Sequence record: DRR723986_14582
DNA: 64,000 nt
Strand: one strand, 5' to 3'
A program made the position numbers and the translations under genes. This document shows positions 61,053 to 64,000 of this stretch, in pieces. Below the pieces are notes generated by a model. It ran no database searches, had not been told where the DNA came from, and worked only from the letters and a program-made list of their open reading frames with translations. Each line of letters opens with the position of its first letter. Within the stretch, counting starts at the first letter, position 1.

Positions 61053-62303
61053 ATGTCGGAACCACACGCAGAGCCACCATTTGAAGTCAATTTCGCTTCA
61101 CGTGTGCATCGATTGCCGCCGTACATGTTCGGGCGGATCAACAACACGCTTTACCAGAAACGCCGAGCCGGACATGACGTGATCGACTTGGGAATGGGCA
61201 ATCCCTCGGATCCGCCTGAGCGTATCGTCATGGAAAAAATGGTCGAAGCGACCTACGACGAGCGGAACCACGGTTACAGCAAATCCAATGGACTTCTCAA
61301 CCTGCGGCGTGAACTGACTAGCAAGTACTTTCGCAAGTACGGCGTGCGGCTGGATCCTGAATCCGAAGCAATCGTCTGCCTCGGAAGCAAAGAAGGCTTC
61401 AGTCACATGTGCCTGGCTCTCATGGGGCCAGGCGACACAGCCATGATTCCAGCTCCCTATTTTCCGGTACACATGTATGGCGTGATTTTAGCCGCCGGAA
61501 ATGTTGTAGCTTTAGAAGTGGCCGACAGTGATAAGTTTCTGTCGAACATTGCCTATACCTGTCAGCACTTCTACCCGAAACCCAAGCTGCTCATCATCAA
61601 CTACCCACACAATCCATCGACCGTCACCGTCGAGCAGGATTTCTTTACCGAGATCGTGAAACTTGCCAAACGGTACAATTTCATGGTCATCAGCGACTTT
61701 GCCTACTCGGATGTGTCATTCGACGGCTACGTGCCGCCAAGCTTCTTGGCTTCCCCCGGTGCAGTTGATGTTGGGGTTGAGTTTACGACCATGAGCAAGG
61801 GGTACAACATGGCCGGTTGGCGTGTTGGCTACTGTGCGGGCAATCGCGAAATGGTCAAAGGCCTGGCGACCATCAAAGGCTATTACGATTACGGTATGTT
61901 TCAAGCAGTTCAGATCGCGGCCATCGTGGCCCTCCGTGATACGGAGGCTGCGGTTGAAAAGCAGTCTGAAATCTACAAGGTGCGGCGCGACGCCTTGATC
62001 GAGGGTCTTACCCGTCTGGGATGGGAGGCCGAAGTCCCCAAGGCTGGAATGTTTGTTTGGGCGAAGGTCCCCGACAAGTGGCTGGCCCGAATGAACACGC
62101 TCGATTTCGCAATGATGTTGCTCGAAGAAGGCGACGTTGCGGTCAGTCCTGGAACGGGATTCGGACCTGCTGGCGAAGGCTATCTGCGTATGGCTCTGGT
62201 CGAAAACGAAAGTCGACTACGACAAGCGGTCCGTCAAATCGGTCGCTGCCTGGAGCGTTGCGAAGAAAAATACGCTGGCGAGCCAGCCGAATCTTCTACG
62301 TAG
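61053..62303 (+). CDS. PLP-dependent aminotransferase class I/II (AlaC/YfdZ-like)
   Basis: [34 protein letters not shown]. Confidence 0.92.
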   Translation: MSEPHAEPPFEVNFASRVHRLPPYMFGRINNTLYQKRRAGHDVIDLGMGNPSDPPERIVMEKMVEATYDERNHGYSKSNGLLNLRRELTSKYFRKYGVRLDPESEAIVCLGSKEGFSHMCLALMGPGDTAMIPAPYFPVHMYGVILAAGNVVALEVADSDKFLSNIAYTCQHFYPKPKLLIINYPHNPSTVTVEQDFFTEIVKLAKRYNFMVISDFAYSDVSFDGYVPPSFLASPGAVDVGVEFTTMSKGYNMAGWRVGYCAGNREMVKGLATIKGYYDYGMFQAVQIAAIVALRDTEAAVEKQSEIYKVRRDALIEGLTRLGWEAEVPKAGMFVWAKVPDKWLARMNTLDFAMMLLEEGDVAVSPGTGFGPAGEGYLRMALVENESRLRQAVRQIGRCLERCEEKYAGEPAESST

Positions 62304-62555
62304 CATTTTGATGTAAACGCAGACTGAGGCAGCACTTGCGGAGTTCGAAGTCGTGCTTAGGTGCGGATTCCGAAGACTGGCTGGCTCTTTTCTGATATTT
62401 TCCTTTGGCCGCGGGAATAATGCTGCCTTAAAGATGTTCTCTATTTGCGTACGGAGCCCGAGTACTCCTGGAAGCCCAGCACAACCTGCTGATTCCTCGA
62501 CGGATCGCTCCCGTTGTGCCTGAGAAATAGAATTCTGTTTTGGAGAACACTGAAG

Positions 62556-62729
62556 ATGTTGCGAAAATTTGTTGCCCTTTGCTTTGCGTGCATGCTGACC
62601 GTTTCTGTCATTGGTTGCGCTGGAACTGAAACCGAAACTGATGGCGGTGACACCGCTACGACCGCGACAGATGGTGCTGAAGGCGGTGAAGAAGCTGCTG
62701 ATGGTGAAGAAGACGGCGAAGAAGGCTAA
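62556..62729 (+). CDS. Small acidic lipoprotein (57 aa)
   Basis: SD GGAG, lipobox VIGC, mature part composed only of G/E/D/T/A after the Cys; own terminator. Confidence 0.75.
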   Translation: MLRKFVALCFACMLTVSVIGCAGTETETDGGDTATTATDGAEGGEEAADGEEDGEEG

Positions 62730-62790
62730 GCCTTTTTTCAGCCAATCGATCCAGCCGAATTGACGCAGGATCGAATTGCCCAATCAAATG

Positions 62791-62831
62791 AATCGGCTTC
62801 TGACGTCTTGCGTTGGGAGCCGATTTTTTTT
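62791..62831 (+). terminator. Intrinsic terminator after the small lipoprotein
   Basis: AATCGGCTTCTGACG-TCTTG-CGTTGGGAGCCGATT (G-U pairs) followed by T-run. Confidence 0.82.
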
Positions 62832-62918
62832 GCAATCGACCAAGACTCAGACGCAGCACTCCGTTCACCGCGCTCAGTTCAACGCTGCCGTACCGTGACA
62901 GTGGTCAGCCGTTTCCGT

Positions 62919-63872
62919 TTAGAGACGCGATTCGGTTTCACCTGCAATTGAGGCAAGGAATGCTTGATAGGTTTTCGAGATACCCTCTTCCAAGGTGGTG
63001 GAAGCGGTCCAACCAAGCGAGGATAGCAGCGAGCTGTCCGTCAACTTACGGGGCGTACCATCGGGCTTTGAAGGATCAGTCAAAATCTGGCCTTCAAATC
63101 CAACCTGTTGTGCAATCAACCGAGCAAGTTCAATAATCTCGACGTCTGCACCAAAGCCGACATTCACCCAACTTGGCGGTTCATCAATTTGCAGCAGATG
63201 CACCAACGCGTCCGCGAGATCGTCGACGTAAAGGAATTCTCGCCGCGGGCTTCCACTTCCCCAAATCGTAACCTCAGACGCTCCCGATTCCTTTGCTTCA
63301 TGAAAACGTCGCAACAACGCCGGGAGCACGTGACTGCTCTCAGGATGATAATTATCGCCTGGCCCATACAGATTCGTTGGCATGGCGGAATGGAACACAG
63401 CTCCATATTGCCGGCGGTAGTACTCGCAAAGTTTCAAACCACATATTTTGGCCAACGCGTAGGCTTCGTTGGTCGGCTCCAGGGGGCTGGCTAGGAGCTC
63501 CGATTCACCGATTGGTTGATTCGCCATCCGCGGATAGATACAGCTACTGCCCAGGAACAGGAAGCGTTTGACTCCCGTCTTGTAGGCAGCCGTTATGGTC
63601 GCCAACTGAGCACGAAGATTCTCCGTCATGAATTCGACGGGATAAGTATTGTTGGCGTGAATTCCTCCAACCCGCGCAGCGGCAAAGATGACAGCTTCTG
63701 GCTTTTGCTCTTCAAAGAAGGCAAGCACCGCGCGATCATCTTCAAGATCAAGTTGGCTCCGGGTGCGGGTGATGATCCGCACGCCGCTCTCTTGCTGCAT
63801 GCGTCGGCACACCGCCGAGCCAACCATCCCGCGATGCCCAGCAACGAAGAGGGATTGGTAGGGAAAACCCAT
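62919..63872 (-). CDS. fcl: GDP-L-fucose synthase
   Basis: [45 protein letters not shown]. Confidence 0.96.
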   Translation of the reverse strand: MGFPYQSLFVAGHRGMVGSAVCRRMQQESGVRIITRTRSQLDLEDDRAVLAFFEEQKPEAVIFAAARVGGIHANNTYPVEFMTENLRAQLATITAAYKTGVKRFLFLGSSCIYPRMANQPIGESELLASPLEPTNEAYALAKICGLKLCEYYRRQYGAVFHSAMPTNLYGPGDNYHPESSHVLPALLRRFHEAKESGASEVTIWGSGSPRREFLYVDDLADALVHLLQIDEPPSWVNVGFGADVEIIELARLIAQQVGFEGQILTDPSKPDGTPRKLTDSSLLSSLGWTASTTLEEGISKTYQAFLASIAGETESRL

Positions 63873-63875
63873 TTA

Positions 63876-64000
63876 TTATTCTCTCGCGACAGAAATGTCG
63901 TGACCATGCGAACGCAGCAAGGCGTGTCGCCGAGCGTTTTCCAAGTCAACTTCTACCATCTCACGGCACATTTCTTCGACAGTGATTTCTGGAACCCAGC
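63876..64000 (-). CDS. gmd: GDP-mannose 4,6-dehydratase, 3' end only (truncated by the window edge)
   Basis: My translation [40 protein letters not shown] resembles the Gmd C-terminus; TAATAAATG junction to fcl. Not in the ORF track. Confidence 0.85.
   Translation of the reverse strand, partial: WVPEITVEEMCREMVEVDLENARRHALLRSHGHDISVARE

Noticed and set aside
1-64000. tRNA/rRNA genes, CRISPR arrays, transposases, integrases, prophage genes
   Set aside because: None recognised by eye; tRNAscan-SE, Rfam and ISEScan would be needed to exclude them formally.

Overview
Ordinary-looking chromosomal segment of a bacterium that reads as a marine Planctomycete (Pirellulales-type). This is inferred from protein styles: multiple sulfatases, FG-GAP/heme-c and TPR/heme-c proteins, a planctomycete-type GltX and Na+-NQR. 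About 48 genes are supported: glnS, a tightly coupled 7-gene Wzx/Wzy exopolysaccharide operon, a lone patatin, ruvB, a kinase-PP2C phosphatase fusion, type II glutamine synthetase, a complete nqrABCDEF-apbE-nqrM operon, a divergent pair of secreted c-type cytochrome proteins, two sulfatase genes, clpX, gltX, an HD-PAS-GGDEF protein, sod, transporters/hydrolases, a PPIase, OsmC, an aminotransferase, fcl and the 3' end of gmd. I saw no rRNA, tRNA, CRISPR array, transposase or phage genes. The most notable observations are a perfect Rex-type operator upstream of nqrA, a minimal kinase fused to an intact PP2C phosphatase near GSII, the divergent heme-c/FG-GAP plus TPR/diheme pair (one apparent Met-to-His ligand swap), an NqrM with four extra cysteines, and a C10 tract upstream of the EPS operon. 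All calls come from motif recognition by eye; no database searches were run.
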